The notes: generated from the letters alone by a model not told the origin. Positions 1 through 9,903 are shown, numbered from the stretch's first letter. The stretch is 64,000 nt of DNA from Acidobacteriota bacterium (GCA_021161905.1 JAGGZT010000009.1:11092-75091); one strand, 5' to 3'. A program made the numbers and translations.

Positions 1-1539
1 ATTGAGCGGACTGTTAATGGGAACCACTTTTACTCCCATCTGATAGGGGAGGGTCCAGCCGCAGAGATCGTAGGGAAAGAGGGGAGGACCACCAGGATAA
101 ACCCTGATATCAGGATAACTCTGTGGTTCGAGGAGATCTTTGACATATCTTCCGTAGGGTTGAGCAGTAAGGATTACATAGGTACCAGCAGGGTAAGTAA
201 TCCCTTCAATAGTGAAGGGCTCTTTTGCTTTATGGATCTTCACTCCAGTCTCTTTCAAGAGGGTGAGCATCTTCGTTGCTACTGGTGGGTCCCACTGTTC
301 TTTAGGAATTAGGAAGGCAAAAGGAGGCTCCTTTTTTCCTTTTTCTATCGCATCTTTCCCCATCAGATAGTAGTTATACTTGAACTCTTCCTTATATCTG
401 GAAGCGGTATCGAGGAGGGAGTAAGAGATAATAAGCTCGTAGCGAACGATATCCCTAAGACGCCACCAGCCGCCCTCCCAAGGGTGAGGGAAATTTATAT
501 GAGGAGCATAAGTGGGAAGCCCGCGGCGAGACCCCCGAAGCTCATCCTTGTTCTGGAAGATTGGAGAAGCGATCCTTACTGAAGCAGCCTCACTGAGCAG
601 ACCCACTATATTGTGCCACCAAGGGGATTGAAGAAACGCCCCTTCCCACCAACCAGTATAGTAGGCGAAGTTAACCACCCCAGTACACCCTGCGGCTTCA
701 AGATCGGTTGCCATATGAGCTCCGATTATCTCCATCTCTCTCCAGATTAAAGGGTTGATATTGGGATTAATCGGATCACACATCGGAGGGATAAAGAGAC
801 GAGCCCCACGGTTTCCCATTTGATGCTCATCGAGAACTATCTCCGGAAACCACTCCTTGTAGAGGACATCGTTCACCAACCTCGTTTCCTTCTGGGTAAG
901 CATATAGGCATCACGGTTGTTATCGTGCCCCACATATTTATGGTAAAGCCAAGGAAGAGGGCAGCCTTCATATTGGGTTCCCAACCATTTGTTGTACCAA
1001 TCGACCACCATAATTTGCCCATCGGGATTATGGGAGGGTATGAGGAGAAGAATTACATCATTTAGGATCCTTTTCGTCTTAGGCGAATTGTCGGTGGCGA
1101 GTTGATAGGCAAACTCAAGGGACATCTGGCTCGAGGCGATCTCGGTAGAGTGAATATTACAACTAATCAGGACAACGACCTTTCCCTCTTTAGCGAGTTT
1201 CCTTGCCCGAGCGTCGGAAAGGCCAGTGGGATCAGCGAGCATCCTCTGAATACGCTTGTACTTATCAAGGTTTGCCAAGTTCTCCTTTGATGAGATGATT
1301 ACCATAATGAAAGGATTACCCATCGTCGTTTTGCCGAGCTCAACCACCTTAACTCGATCCGACTGAACATCGAGCATCTTGAAGTATTCCACCATCTTGT
1401 CCCAGCGAACCAGTTTGTAGTCCGCGCCCATCTCGAAACCGAAGACATCCTTGGGAGACCTTCTTATCTGAGCAAGGGAGAGAGAGGCGGTTAAAAGAAA
1501 CGCTAAGCCTAATATTGCCAATATCTTAATTCTTCGCAT
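1..1539 (-). CDS. M14-family zinc carboxypeptidase-like protein (N-terminus complete, C-terminus runs off the window)
   Basis: Absent from the ORF track because the frame is open to the window edge. My minus-strand translation from ATG 1539 (AGGAGGAGGA immediately upstream) stays open for all 513 codons. It shows a signal peptide (MRRIKILAILGLAFLLTASLSLAQ), then NIHSTE (HxxE zinc motif), LIPSHNPDG and GHDNNRD. Confidence 0.75.
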   Translation of the reverse strand, partial: MRRIKILAILGLAFLLTASLSLAQIRRSPKDVFGFEMGADYKLVRWDKMVEYFKMLDVQSDRVKVVELGKTTMGNPFIMVIISSKENLANLDKYKRIQRMLADPTGLSDARARKLAKEGKVVVLISCNIHSTEIASSQMSLEFAYQLATDNSPKTKRILNDVILLLIPSHNPDGQIMVVDWYNKWLGTQYEGCPLPWLYHKYVGHDNNRDAYMLTQKETRLVNDVLYKEWFPEIVLDEHQMGNRGARLFIPPMCDPINPNINPLIWREMEIIGAHMATDLEAAGCTGVVNFAYYTGWWEGAFLQSPWWHNIVGLLSEAASVRIASPIFQNKDELRGSRRGLPTYAPHINFPHPWEGGWWRLRDIVRYELIISYSLLDTASRYKEEFKYNYYLMGKDAIEKGKKEPPFAFLIPKEQWDPPVATKMLTLLKETGVKIHKAKEPFTIEGITYPAGTYVILTAQPYGRYVKDLLEPQSYPDIRVYPGGPPLFPYDLCGWTLPYQMGVKVVPINSPLN

Positions 1540-1643
1540 CTCCTCCTCCTATTATTAATTTGTAATCTCTTGATATAATGTTACCGTAGTCTTTTTTCTT
1601 TTTCAACGAGCTTTTGAGAAGAGGCAACAAGGAGAGAAATTGT

Positions 1644-2405
1644 ATGGTAGTAAAACCACTACTTAAACACATCATCCCTAAGCCCCTCCATCCTTTGGCT
1701 AAACGGGTTTACACAAAGCTCAAGAGGCTATGGTACTTTGGGTTCAAGTTCACCTGTCCTTGTTGTGGAGGACACTTCCGAAAATTTCTCCCCTACGGGG
1801 TCCAGCCAAGACCAAACGCCTTATGCCCTAAATGTGGCTCCTTGGAACGTCATCGCCTCCTTTGGCTCTATTTGAAGAATAGAACCAATTTCTTCCAGAA
1901 GAGGCTGAAGGTCCTTGATATTGCTCCGATGCCCTTTTTTAAGGAGAAATGTGAGGCTCTTCCTAACATCGACTATATCAGTGCCGATATAGTCTCTCCT
2001 TTGGCTATGGTAAGGATGGATGTTCAAGAGATACCTTTTCCTGATGATCAATTTGACTGTATTATATGCTACCATGTTCTTGAGCACCTTCTTGATGACC
2101 AAAAGGCTATGGGGGAATTATACCGTGTTTTGAAACCAGGAGGCTGGGCAATAATCCAATCTCCTATTGACATAAATCGGGAAAAAACCTACGAGGATCC
2201 GAGCCTTCCTCCGGAAGAGCGGGGGCGTATTTTCGGAGGCAGGGAGCATATAAGGATATATGGGAGAGATTACAAAGATAGACTTGAGAAAGCGGGTTTT
2301 GTGGTGAAAATCGATAGTTATGTGCGGCAGTTAGGAGATTCTACAATTAAAAAATACGGTTTGATGAAAGGTGAGGACATATATTTCTGTTCAAAACCCC
2401 GATAG
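1644..2405 (+). CDS. class I SAM-dependent methyltransferase with N-terminal zinc ribbon
   Basis: The track ORF is 1614..2405, but ATG 1644 has AAGGAG 9 nt upstream and is preferred. A CPCCGG...CPKCGSLERHR zinc ribbon is followed by MTase-fold motifs VLDIAP, DCIICYHVLEHL and LKPGGWAI. Confidence 0.85.
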   Translation: MVVKPLLKHIIPKPLHPLAKRVYTKLKRLWYFGFKFTCPCCGGHFRKFLPYGVQPRPNALCPKCGSLERHRLLWLYLKNRTNFFQKRLKVLDIAPMPFFKEKCEALPNIDYISADIVSPLAMVRMDVQEIPFPDDQFDCIICYHVLEHLLDDQKAMGELYRVLKPGGWAIIQSPIDINREKTYEDPSLPPEERGRIFGGREHIRIYGRDYKDRLEKAGFVVKIDSYVRQLGDSTIKKYGLMKGEDIYFCSKPR

Positions 2406-2608
2406 TATTTCTAAGATGGTTCTTATACTTTACTGTATCTCCATATCACAAAATATTTTTTACTTGACATTCAAAGAAGGGCTCATAGCGTCCGCATTAA
2501 TGGCTGTTTTGATGTTTACTTCTGCTTTTTATCCTTCTTCCCTTCCTAATAACGATCGCTAACTCGTACAATATCAGCTCTAAAAGAAACCTTCACACCC
2601 CAATTGAT

Positions 2609-3523
2609 TTGATCCTTTTCACCCTAAATTCCAACAATATGTTAGATAAAATATTTAGTGAACGGCTAAGCACCTACTGGAAGGTGGGGATGGAAATGAT
2701 AAAAGACCACCCACTTTTTGGGGTAGGGGTGGGCTCCTTCATCGTTCATTTTAAGGATTACAAGAACAAGATAAAGTATTCTCAGCACCCAGAAAATGCC
2801 CATAACTATTTCCTCCAGATCGGAGCAGAGTTGGGCTTGGTGGGCTTAGTGGCATTCTTCTACCTTATCGGGATGATATTCAGCTACGGGTTTACTGCTT
2901 TGAGGTTTTCCTCCGAGGCTTTTTGGGAAACCACCTCGTTAGGTATATTAACCGGTATATTTGGCTTTATTGTCAGCTGTTTAGCCCAACATCCCTTACT
3001 GTTGATAGAGATTCAATTCATCTTTTGGCTCTTTGTCTATTTGATCTTCCTAATGGGAACCCCCTACAGGGTAAAAGGGGAGCAATACCTTTGTTCTTTT
3101 TCAAAAAAGCTTTATTTAATCATTATATTTGCCATTTTCGCAAGTATTCCCTTTAGAATCGTTTGCCTCCCAAAAAATAAAATTATAGCCAACCACGGCT
3201 TTTATTCCTGGGAGAAATGGGGGGGTAAAGTCCCATTTCGATGGACCAAACGAGTTGCTTCAGAGAGAATAGAGATTAAGGGGAGGGTACTATATCTGCC
3301 AATATTGGCTTATCGGCCGGACATATCCAAAAACCCAGTAAAGCTAACTATATATTTTGACGGACAAAAGGTTGACAGCATCACTCTTAATAAGAATGGG
3401 TGGCGGATCTTTAGTTATCCAATTGCGAATAAGAATAAAAGGCTTATAATCTCTTTCATAATCGATAGGACCTGGAATCCACTAAAATCTGGTTTAACAA
3501 AGACAGCCGTAACCTCGGGATAG
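2609..3523 (+). CDS. O-antigen ligase/Wzy_C-domain protein, apparently N-terminally truncated (possible pseudogene), with C-terminal soluble extension
   Basis: ERLSTYWKVGMEMIKDHPLFGVGVGSF...HPENAHNYFLQIGAELGLVG is the conserved Wzy_C loop and helix. The start is TTG and only about 200 nt separate it from the upstream gene. Upstream TM-like fragments lie in another frame. Confidence 0.5.
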   Translation: MILFTLNSNNMLDKIFSERLSTYWKVGMEMIKDHPLFGVGVGSFIVHFKDYKNKIKYSQHPENAHNYFLQIGAELGLVGLVAFFYLIGMIFSYGFTALRFSSEAFWETTSLGILTGIFGFIVSCLAQHPLLLIEIQFIFWLFVYLIFLMGTPYRVKGEQYLCSFSKKLYLIIIFAIFASIPFRIVCLPKNKIIANHGFYSWEKWGGKVPFRWTKRVASERIEIKGRVLYLPILAYRPDISKNPVKLTIYFDGQKVDSITLNKNGWRIFSYPIANKNKRLIISFIIDRTWNPLKSGLTKTAVTSG

Positions 3524-3707
3524 GGGTTGGAGAACCTTCTTGGGACGAAATCCCATCCTGTTTTAAATGTCTAAACTCAGAGGGAATGGCAATGGGGCAG
3601 ATCAAACCCTCGAAGGAGATAATCTTTACTTTCAGTAGACTTTTATTCCCTTTTATTTAAAAAATCTTTAACTTTTCAAATTAAACTCTTGATAAGAACG
3701 GAGAAAT

Positions 3708-4577
3708 ATGTTATCATTGTCTTACAAAAGGGAGGAAACAGTGGGGAAAGGGGTTATTCTTGTCATTCACGAAGATGATAACTTCGTAAAGAAGATTAAG
3801 GATAGCTTTCCTGAGGAATTTGAGATATATACGGCGAGTAGCAGTAAGGAGGGGTACGAGTTATCCTTAAAGCTTATCCCGGATGTTGTCCTTTCCAACA
3901 CATCTTCACCAGAGATCGATGGTTGGGCTCTTATAAAACAGTTGAAGGAAGAGAACAAAACATCTCATATTCCTTTCATTTTTCTCTCTGAAGAGAAGGG
4001 GATCTCTCCCCGGATAAAGGCGTTTGAGCTTGGAGCTTATGATTACATAACCAAACCGTTTGACTTGGATGAGCTGAGGGCGAGAGTAGAAATAGCACTT
4101 AGGCGAAGTAAGCGGGTAGATACGACTCCTCCTCCAGAGAGAAAGAATATATCGGGAAAACTGGGGCAAATGAGCCTTGCTGATATCCTCCAGATCTTGG
4201 GGATGAACCGGAAAACTTGCACCGTAACTCTGGAGAAGGGTGGAGTGAAGGGGAAAATATTCTTTGAGCATGGGAAGATACTCCATGCTTATGTGGGGAA
4301 TATCGAAGGAGAAAAGGCGGTTCATCTTCTCCTTCGGTGGCAGGATGCCGATTTTCTAATAGAGGATGGGATCACCGCTATCTTCGATGTCACCATAGGG
4401 AAAGACCCTCAATCTCTTCTTCTCGACGGGATGACCCAATCAGATGAAGAAAGGAGGAAAAAGGGGGAGGAGCTATTGGAGGACTTTCTCTTTCCTGAAA
4501 GTGGAGATAACACTGAGGTCATAAGGGCTCTTGAGAAGTTGGAAGCTATGGGATTGATAAAGAGAGTGGAGGGATAA
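3708..4577 (+). CDS. response-regulator receiver-like domain fused to a DUF4388 (PATAN-type) domain
   Basis: CheY-like layout (IHEDDN, ITKPF). C-terminal LGQMSLADILQILGMNRKTCTVTLEKGGVKGKIFFEHGKILHA is typical of DUF4388. The phospho-acceptor position reads Asn (VVLSN). Confidence 0.8.
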   Translation: MLSLSYKREETVGKGVILVIHEDDNFVKKIKDSFPEEFEIYTASSSKEGYELSLKLIPDVVLSNTSSPEIDGWALIKQLKEENKTSHIPFIFLSEEKGISPRIKAFELGAYDYITKPFDLDELRARVEIALRRSKRVDTTPPPERKNISGKLGQMSLADILQILGMNRKTCTVTLEKGGVKGKIFFEHGKILHAYVGNIEGEKAVHLLLRWQDADFLIEDGITAIFDVTIGKDPQSLLLDGMTQSDEERRKKGEELLEDFLFPESGDNTEVIRALEKLEAMGLIKRVEG

Positions 4578-4583
4578 AAAGAT

Positions 4584-7025
4584 ATGGAGGAGGAAAAGAT
4601 AAAGGTAGCCATAATCGGGGGGGATTATCCGGGTCTTGAGCTGATGGCATTAATCAAGAAACTTCCTTCTCCCTCATTTGAGGTAGCTGCGGTGATTGAC
4701 CCTAACGAAGACGCTCTCCTTTTCCACCTCGCGGATTATGGTTATCAGTTTGCCGACCCTCCCGAAGCTATCTTCTCTTCTGATTTAAGGACTTTAGAGA
4801 AGATAGAGGGGCTTTCTCTAATTATCGACACCACGGGGAATAAGGATATCCATCAGGCTCTTTATAATTTAGATCTTCACCAGGTAAAGATCTTAAACCG
4901 AGAAAGTGGCAATTTTCTTATCCGAATGAAGCTTTCCGCAGGGGAACCCAATGAAGAAGGGGAGGTTGACTTAGCCAAAAGGCGGATATTTATCTTCCAG
5001 AACTTCATTGGAGCTGCGAACTCGATCAATCTGGCGGAACATCAAGATGAGTTCTACGAACTCTTTCTCACCACTGCGATGGAGGCTACCCAGGCTGATA
5101 CAGGTTCGGTGATGCTCCTTAATCGGAGCAGGGAGTATCTTTATTTAGTGGTAGCGAGAGGACTATCTCCAGATTATATAAATGCTCTCGGTCGTTTCCC
5201 TAGAATAGGGGAGGGGATCGCAGGGCGGGTCGCTCAGATTGGGGAACCACTACTCCTTTCCGGGAGGTTTGAGGATCTCCGCTTTGCCCGAGTAGAAGAG
5301 AAGAACGGGATAAAGTCCTCCATTTGCGTGCCCATAAAGGTGGGTGGTAATAATGTGCTGGGCGTCCTCAATGTGGGGAACAAAAGATCGACCTCCGCTT
5401 TCAGTCGGGAGGACCTGGTTTTTCTCTCCCAATTCTCCAACTTAGCGGCAAAATATATTATGGAGATCGCCACCCATCAGGAACTCAAGATCACCCAGCT
5501 CGAGCAACAGTTGACCAAAGCAGTAGGAAAGATAGTGAGCCTCTCCCTTCCCTTAAAGGATAAGCTTCAGAAAGCGATCCTTGAGATAGCCAATGTCCTT
5601 AATCTGGAATCCTTAAACCTCTACTTGAAGGAATCTCCAGCTGATGAGCTCACCCTTCGCGCCTCCACCGATATCACCCCTTCCTTATTTGGCATTCTCA
5701 AACTTAGGGAGTTAAAAGGCGCCATTGGAAAGGTAGTAAAGACAAAAAGGCCCCTTTTGCTAAAGGAACAGTCGAGTTATTTGATCTTCGATGAAGATAA
5801 GAAAGAAGGTGATAGGGATATGGGTGAGGCGTATCAGTTCATCCTTCCCCTTCTCCATAAGGATAAACTTCTCGGCGTGATGAGCATCCTTTTCTCCGAA
5901 AGGATCGATCGCTCAGATTATCGGCTTTCCCTTTGTCAGCGTCTCTCTAATACCCTTGCTGATACCATTCATAATCAGCTGGAGACGGAGAGCCAACGGG
6001 AGGCGGCGGTACGCCTTACCACTGCCAACGAAGCGGGAATGTCCCTCGTCTCCATAATAGACCGAGAGAAGCTCGCCTTTACCATAGCCGTTTCCGCAGT
6101 TCAACTTGTTAACGCCGAATTCGTCATCCTCAGAATCTACAACAAAAAGGAGAACAAACTTCCCATCTCCTCCTTTTATCATCGAGGAGGGGATAGGCTC
6201 TCGGATGAGATAAGGCGTTACGACGGGGAGCTTTGCTTAGCCACCTTCCAAAGCCAATCGGTGGAGACAGAAGCGTCAATCCCTTCTAAGGTAGAGGCGA
6301 TAAAATCGGCGATAGCCTTCCCCTTAATTGTGGAGGAAGAGATATTAGGGGTACTTTCCGCCTATAACCGCCAGGACGAAGAATCCTTCTCGCCCATTCC
6401 TTTTACTGAGAACGATCGGATTGTACTGGATAAGTTCGCCTTCTATGCTGCGATGTCCTTGAGGAACCTGCGTGATTTTGAGGAGCGAAAGCAGTTCTCC
6501 TCTGTCAATGAGCTCACTGGGATGTACACCAAGAAGATCCTAGAAGCTCGTCTCCTGGAAGAGGTGAAGAGAGCAGATCGAACACAGGGCAAATTTAGTC
6601 TACTGATGTTTAAAATCGCCAACCTTAACTCCCTTGAGGTAAATATAGGGATCTCTAAAACTCAGCTCATTAAGTTGGTTGCTTACGAGATCGAACGCCA
6701 CTTCAGAAAAAGCGATATCCTTTTCCATTTAGAGGACGATGTCTTTGCTGTCCTTCTTCCCGAAATTGGGATGCAAGTTGAGGAGGCACTGGAACGGTTC
6801 CGCTCCTATCTATCGAGAAGGAACCTCCGAATTAGAGGGTTAAGTGAACCGTTAACCCTACTTGCCGGCTACAGCTCCTATCCAGTTAACGCCTTTTCCC
6901 CCGAAGAATTACTTGAACAAGCCTCTCAATATAAGGAAAAGTTGTCCTTCGGCGGAGGAGAAGGTAGGGTTAAAGGGATTTCTCCCTTCACCCAATTTGA
7001 GGAAGAGAGCTCAGCTGGCGCCTGA
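4584..7025 (+). CDS. multi-GAF signalling protein with C-terminal degenerate GGDEF domain
   Basis: GAF-like repeats (for example GSVMLLNRSREYLYLVVARG...GIAGRVAQIGEPLL). The C-terminal GGDEF fold runs NELTGMYTK...RKSDILFHLEDDVFAVLLPE. The active-site GGDEF is replaced by EDDVF while RxxD is retained. Confidence 0.8.
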   Translation: MEEEKIKVAIIGGDYPGLELMALIKKLPSPSFEVAAVIDPNEDALLFHLADYGYQFADPPEAIFSSDLRTLEKIEGLSLIIDTTGNKDIHQALYNLDLHQVKILNRESGNFLIRMKLSAGEPNEEGEVDLAKRRIFIFQNFIGAANSINLAEHQDEFYELFLTTAMEATQADTGSVMLLNRSREYLYLVVARGLSPDYINALGRFPRIGEGIAGRVAQIGEPLLLSGRFEDLRFARVEEKNGIKSSICVPIKVGGNNVLGVLNVGNKRSTSAFSREDLVFLSQFSNLAAKYIMEIATHQELKITQLEQQLTKAVGKIVSLSLPLKDKLQKAILEIANVLNLESLNLYLKESPADELTLRASTDITPSLFGILKLRELKGAIGKVVKTKRPLLLKEQSSYLIFDEDKKEGDRDMGEAYQFILPLLHKDKLLGVMSILFSERIDRSDYRLSLCQRLSNTLADTIHNQLETESQREAAVRLTTANEAGMSLVSIIDREKLAFTIAVSAVQLVNAEFVILRIYNKKENKLPISSFYHRGGDRLSDEIRRYDGELCLATFQSQSVETEASIPSKVEAIKSAIAFPLIVEEEILGVLSAYNRQDEESFSPIPFTENDRIVLDKFAFYAAMSLRNLRDFEERKQFSSVNELTGMYTKKILEARLLEEVKRADRTQGKFSLLMFKIANLNSLEVNIGISKTQLIKLVAYEIERHFRKSDILFHLEDDVFAVLLPEIGMQVEEALERFRSYLSRRNLRIRGLSEPLTLLAGYSSYPVNAFSPEELLEQASQYKEKLSFGGGEGRVKGISPFTQFEEESSAGA

Positions 7026-7224
7026 TTTTCAATCATCTCCAAAAGGAAAGAAACGGAAACTGAAATAAAGTGGTTTTATATTTTCCTTCCTCATAATTTA
7101 ACATAATATATATTATCAGACATTAAAATTGAGGGGGAAAAGCTTTAACTAAGGTTTATGAGGATGCGGTTTACAGAGAAGACTTCAGATGGTATTATCT
7201 TAAGGAAAGAAATGGGAACCTTAA

Positions 7225-9903
7225 ATGCGGTTAATTGAACGATATCTCTTAAAAGAGATCTTTCCTCCTACCTTGCTCTCCCTTTTTATCTTCAGCTTTT
7301 TGCTTCTTATGAACACCATTCTCCATTTGGCTGACCTTCTTATCCGCCGTGGAGTAGATTTGAGGCATATCCTTCAGATGATGCTCTATCTTACGCCAAG
7401 CATTGTCGTCTTTACCATCCCTATTGGGGTGCTACTTGGAATAATGGTGGGATTGAACAGACTCGTCTCCGACGGAGAAGTGACTGCTATCCTTGCTGGA
7501 GGGATCAGCCCCTATCGATTTCTCCGTCCCATTATGATATTTGCCCTTCTCTTCTTTCTCATCGATCTATGGCTAATGAACTACGCCCTTCCCTGGGGGA
7601 ACCAATCATTTCGGGAACTCGATTTCAAGATCCTTTCCGGACGAATCATCTCAGGAGAAGTAAAACCAAGGGTATTCAATGAAGATTTTCCCGGAAAAGT
7701 CCTTTATATCTCGGAAGTAGACGAAAAAACTGGCTTGTGGAAACGAGTATTCATATTCGACCAGGGACATCCTGGCGAGTCCCAGGTGATCCTGGCCAAA
7801 GAAGGGCTCCCTATTTTTGAGAAGCGAAAGAGGCGTCTTATCTTGGAACTATCCGAAGCGAAACTATATCAGACCTCTAACATCGATCCAGAAAAAAGAA
7901 CAAGCTTCGCCAACTTCAAACATATGTATTTGGTGCTTCTTTCTATGCCTTCGTTAGCTGAGTTGAACTTAGGAAAGGATGAACGCTCTATGCGAGCGGA
8001 TGAGTTAAGGGAAGAGATATGGAGAACGCGAGGTGAAAGCAGATTAACAGGAATATTAATAAACAAAAGCAGTGAAAAAAAATCTCTTCAAATTAGATTA
8101 AAATTTGTCCAAAATTCCTCAGAGAAGGAGTATACCTTCCCCCTTTCCCTCTTACCCAAGGAGAGGAAGTATATTTCTCTGCCGTTTATCGCCCCCGCCT
8201 TTCCCCAAGATAGCTCTTCCGTAATTATTTCTCTTATTTTTTCGGGAAAACTTGTTTTTTCTCGAGAATTTACTTTAAACAAACTCCCCCCTACCCTTCT
8301 CCGTCATCTTCGAATAAATGGTGATTTGATCGTAGCCAGTCTTGGCTTTCAAGAATTGAACCCAAAAGGCAACCATTTCCATTTTGAGGTAGAATATCAC
8401 AAAAGATATGCCATCCCCTTTGCTTGTCTCGTCTTCGGCATCCTTGGGTTTAGCTTTGCCCTCAAATTCCGGCGGAGTGGAAAGGCAGGAAGCTATGTTA
8501 TTGGACTTATTGTTTTTGTTGTCTATTGGGCTTTTTTCATCAATGGCGAAGCATTCGGGGACAAAGGAATAATTCCTCCCTTCCTTGGAATGTGGGCGGC
8601 CAATATCTTTTTTGGAGCCATTGCCCTCCTCCTGTTAGCCAAAATAAAGTTTAGCGAAGGAACCAGATCTTCTTTACTTAGATTTCTTAGCAACCAATCG
8701 TTGGTATTCGTAAGCAACATTCGAAAGATCTTTAGAAATCGACGAAGAGCGAAAAGGAGAAGAATGATTAATAGCGAAGCCTCCTTCTCTTTTTCTAAAA
8801 AAATCCCCTTCCCCAGCATACTCGATCGGTATATAACCAAGAATTTCATCACTATCTTCTTCTTAGTACTATTCGGGGTGTATTCCATATTTGCCTTAGT
8901 AGATTTCATAGAAATGAACCAAGAAATAGAGAAAAATAACCTATCACACATCCTTCTTGTCGATTTTTTCAAATTCAAGTTACCTCAAATACTTATCTTT
9001 ATTATTCCGATCTCCATCCTAATGGCGACTATGGTTACTTTGGGAATTATGGCGAAAAACAAAGAAACAACAGCAGCTAAGGCGGGAGGTATAAGCATTT
9101 ATCGCCTTTTCATCCCCTTTCTTGTATTTGCCTTAATAGGAAGCGGAATAGTCTTCCTCATCCAGGATCGGATCCTTCCTTACTCCAATCAACGACTTAG
9201 TGAGATAATCCAGATAATTAAAGGAGCTCCTCCTCAAACCTACCGTCAGGCAAAAGGAAGCCGGTACCTATTCGGTAAGGGTAACCGGATCTTCCACCAT
9301 GAAGGGTACGACGAAGAGCACGGAGTCATCAGAAGATTCACTGCCTACGAATTTGATCAGGAAACTCTTTCCCTTAAAGAAATGATATTCGCCCTCTCAC
9401 TCAGATGGGACAAGGCATCCGGTAGATGGTTAAGTTACAATGATGGTTGGCTCTCTCGTTTTTCAGCCAATAAGGTAACCGTTAAGAGGTTCCATAAATT
9501 AAGAAACCACTTTCCCCCTGAGGAACCTTCCTATTTTAGTCGGATAATTCGAGAACCAGAGGAAATGAGTTTTAATGAATTGAGGCTCTACATAAAAGAA
9601 CTCAAAGGATCGGGCGTAGATACCACCAGGGAAGAAGTGGAGCTATATTGGAAGACAGCTTTACCCTTCCTTACCCTGATCATCACCCTCATTGGTCTTG
9701 CTTTTTCCCTAAGGGGAGAAAAGGGAGGAGCGATAACGGGTATCTTCTTTAGCATAACCATAGTAGTAATCTACTGGGTTTTCTGGAGTGTCTTTAAAAA
9801 CCTGGGCTATCTTGGAATACTCCCCCCCTTTCTCGCCGCCTGGAGCCCAAATCTCATCTTTGGAGCAGGAGCATTATATCTCATCCTCACCTTAAGAACT
9901 TAA
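7225..9903 (+). CDS. lptFG: fused LptF-LptG lipopolysaccharide export permease
   Basis: Two YjgP/YjgQ-type halves sit in one 892-aa ORF. The N-terminus is MRLIERYLLKEIFPPTLLSLF. A second module starts near aa 535 (ILDRYITKNFITIFFLVLF). Each half has multiple TM segments and a soluble insert, joined by a basic linker RNRRRAKRRR. Confidence 0.8.
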   Translation: MRLIERYLLKEIFPPTLLSLFIFSFLLLMNTILHLADLLIRRGVDLRHILQMMLYLTPSIVVFTIPIGVLLGIMVGLNRLVSDGEVTAILAGGISPYRFLRPIMIFALLFFLIDLWLMNYALPWGNQSFRELDFKILSGRIISGEVKPRVFNEDFPGKVLYISEVDEKTGLWKRVFIFDQGHPGESQVILAKEGLPIFEKRKRRLILELSEAKLYQTSNIDPEKRTSFANFKHMYLVLLSMPSLAELNLGKDERSMRADELREEIWRTRGESRLTGILINKSSEKKSLQIRLKFVQNSSEKEYTFPLSLLPKERKYISLPFIAPAFPQDSSSVIISLIFSGKLVFSREFTLNKLPPTLLRHLRINGDLIVASLGFQELNPKGNHFHFEVEYHKRYAIPFACLVFGILGFSFALKFRRSGKAGSYVIGLIVFVVYWAFFINGEAFGDKGIIPPFLGMWAANIFFGAIALLLLAKIKFSEGTRSSLLRFLSNQSLVFVSNIRKIFRNRRRAKRRRMINSEASFSFSKKIPFPSILDRYITKNFITIFFLVLFGVYSIFALVDFIEMNQEIEKNNLSHILLVDFFKFKLPQILIFIIPISILMATMVTLGIMAKNKETTAAKAGGISIYRLFIPFLVFALIGSGIVFLIQDRILPYSNQRLSEIIQIIKGAPPQTYRQAKGSRYLFGKGNRIFHHEGYDEEHGVIRRFTAYEFDQETLSLKEMIFALSLRWDKASGRWLSYNDGWLSRFSANKVTVKRFHKLRNHFPPEEPSYFSRIIREPEEMSFNELRLYIKELKGSGVDTTREEVELYWKTALPFLTLIITLIGLAFSLRGEKGGAITGIFFSITIVVIYWVFWSVFKNLGYLGILPPFLAAWSPNLIFGAGALYLILTLRT

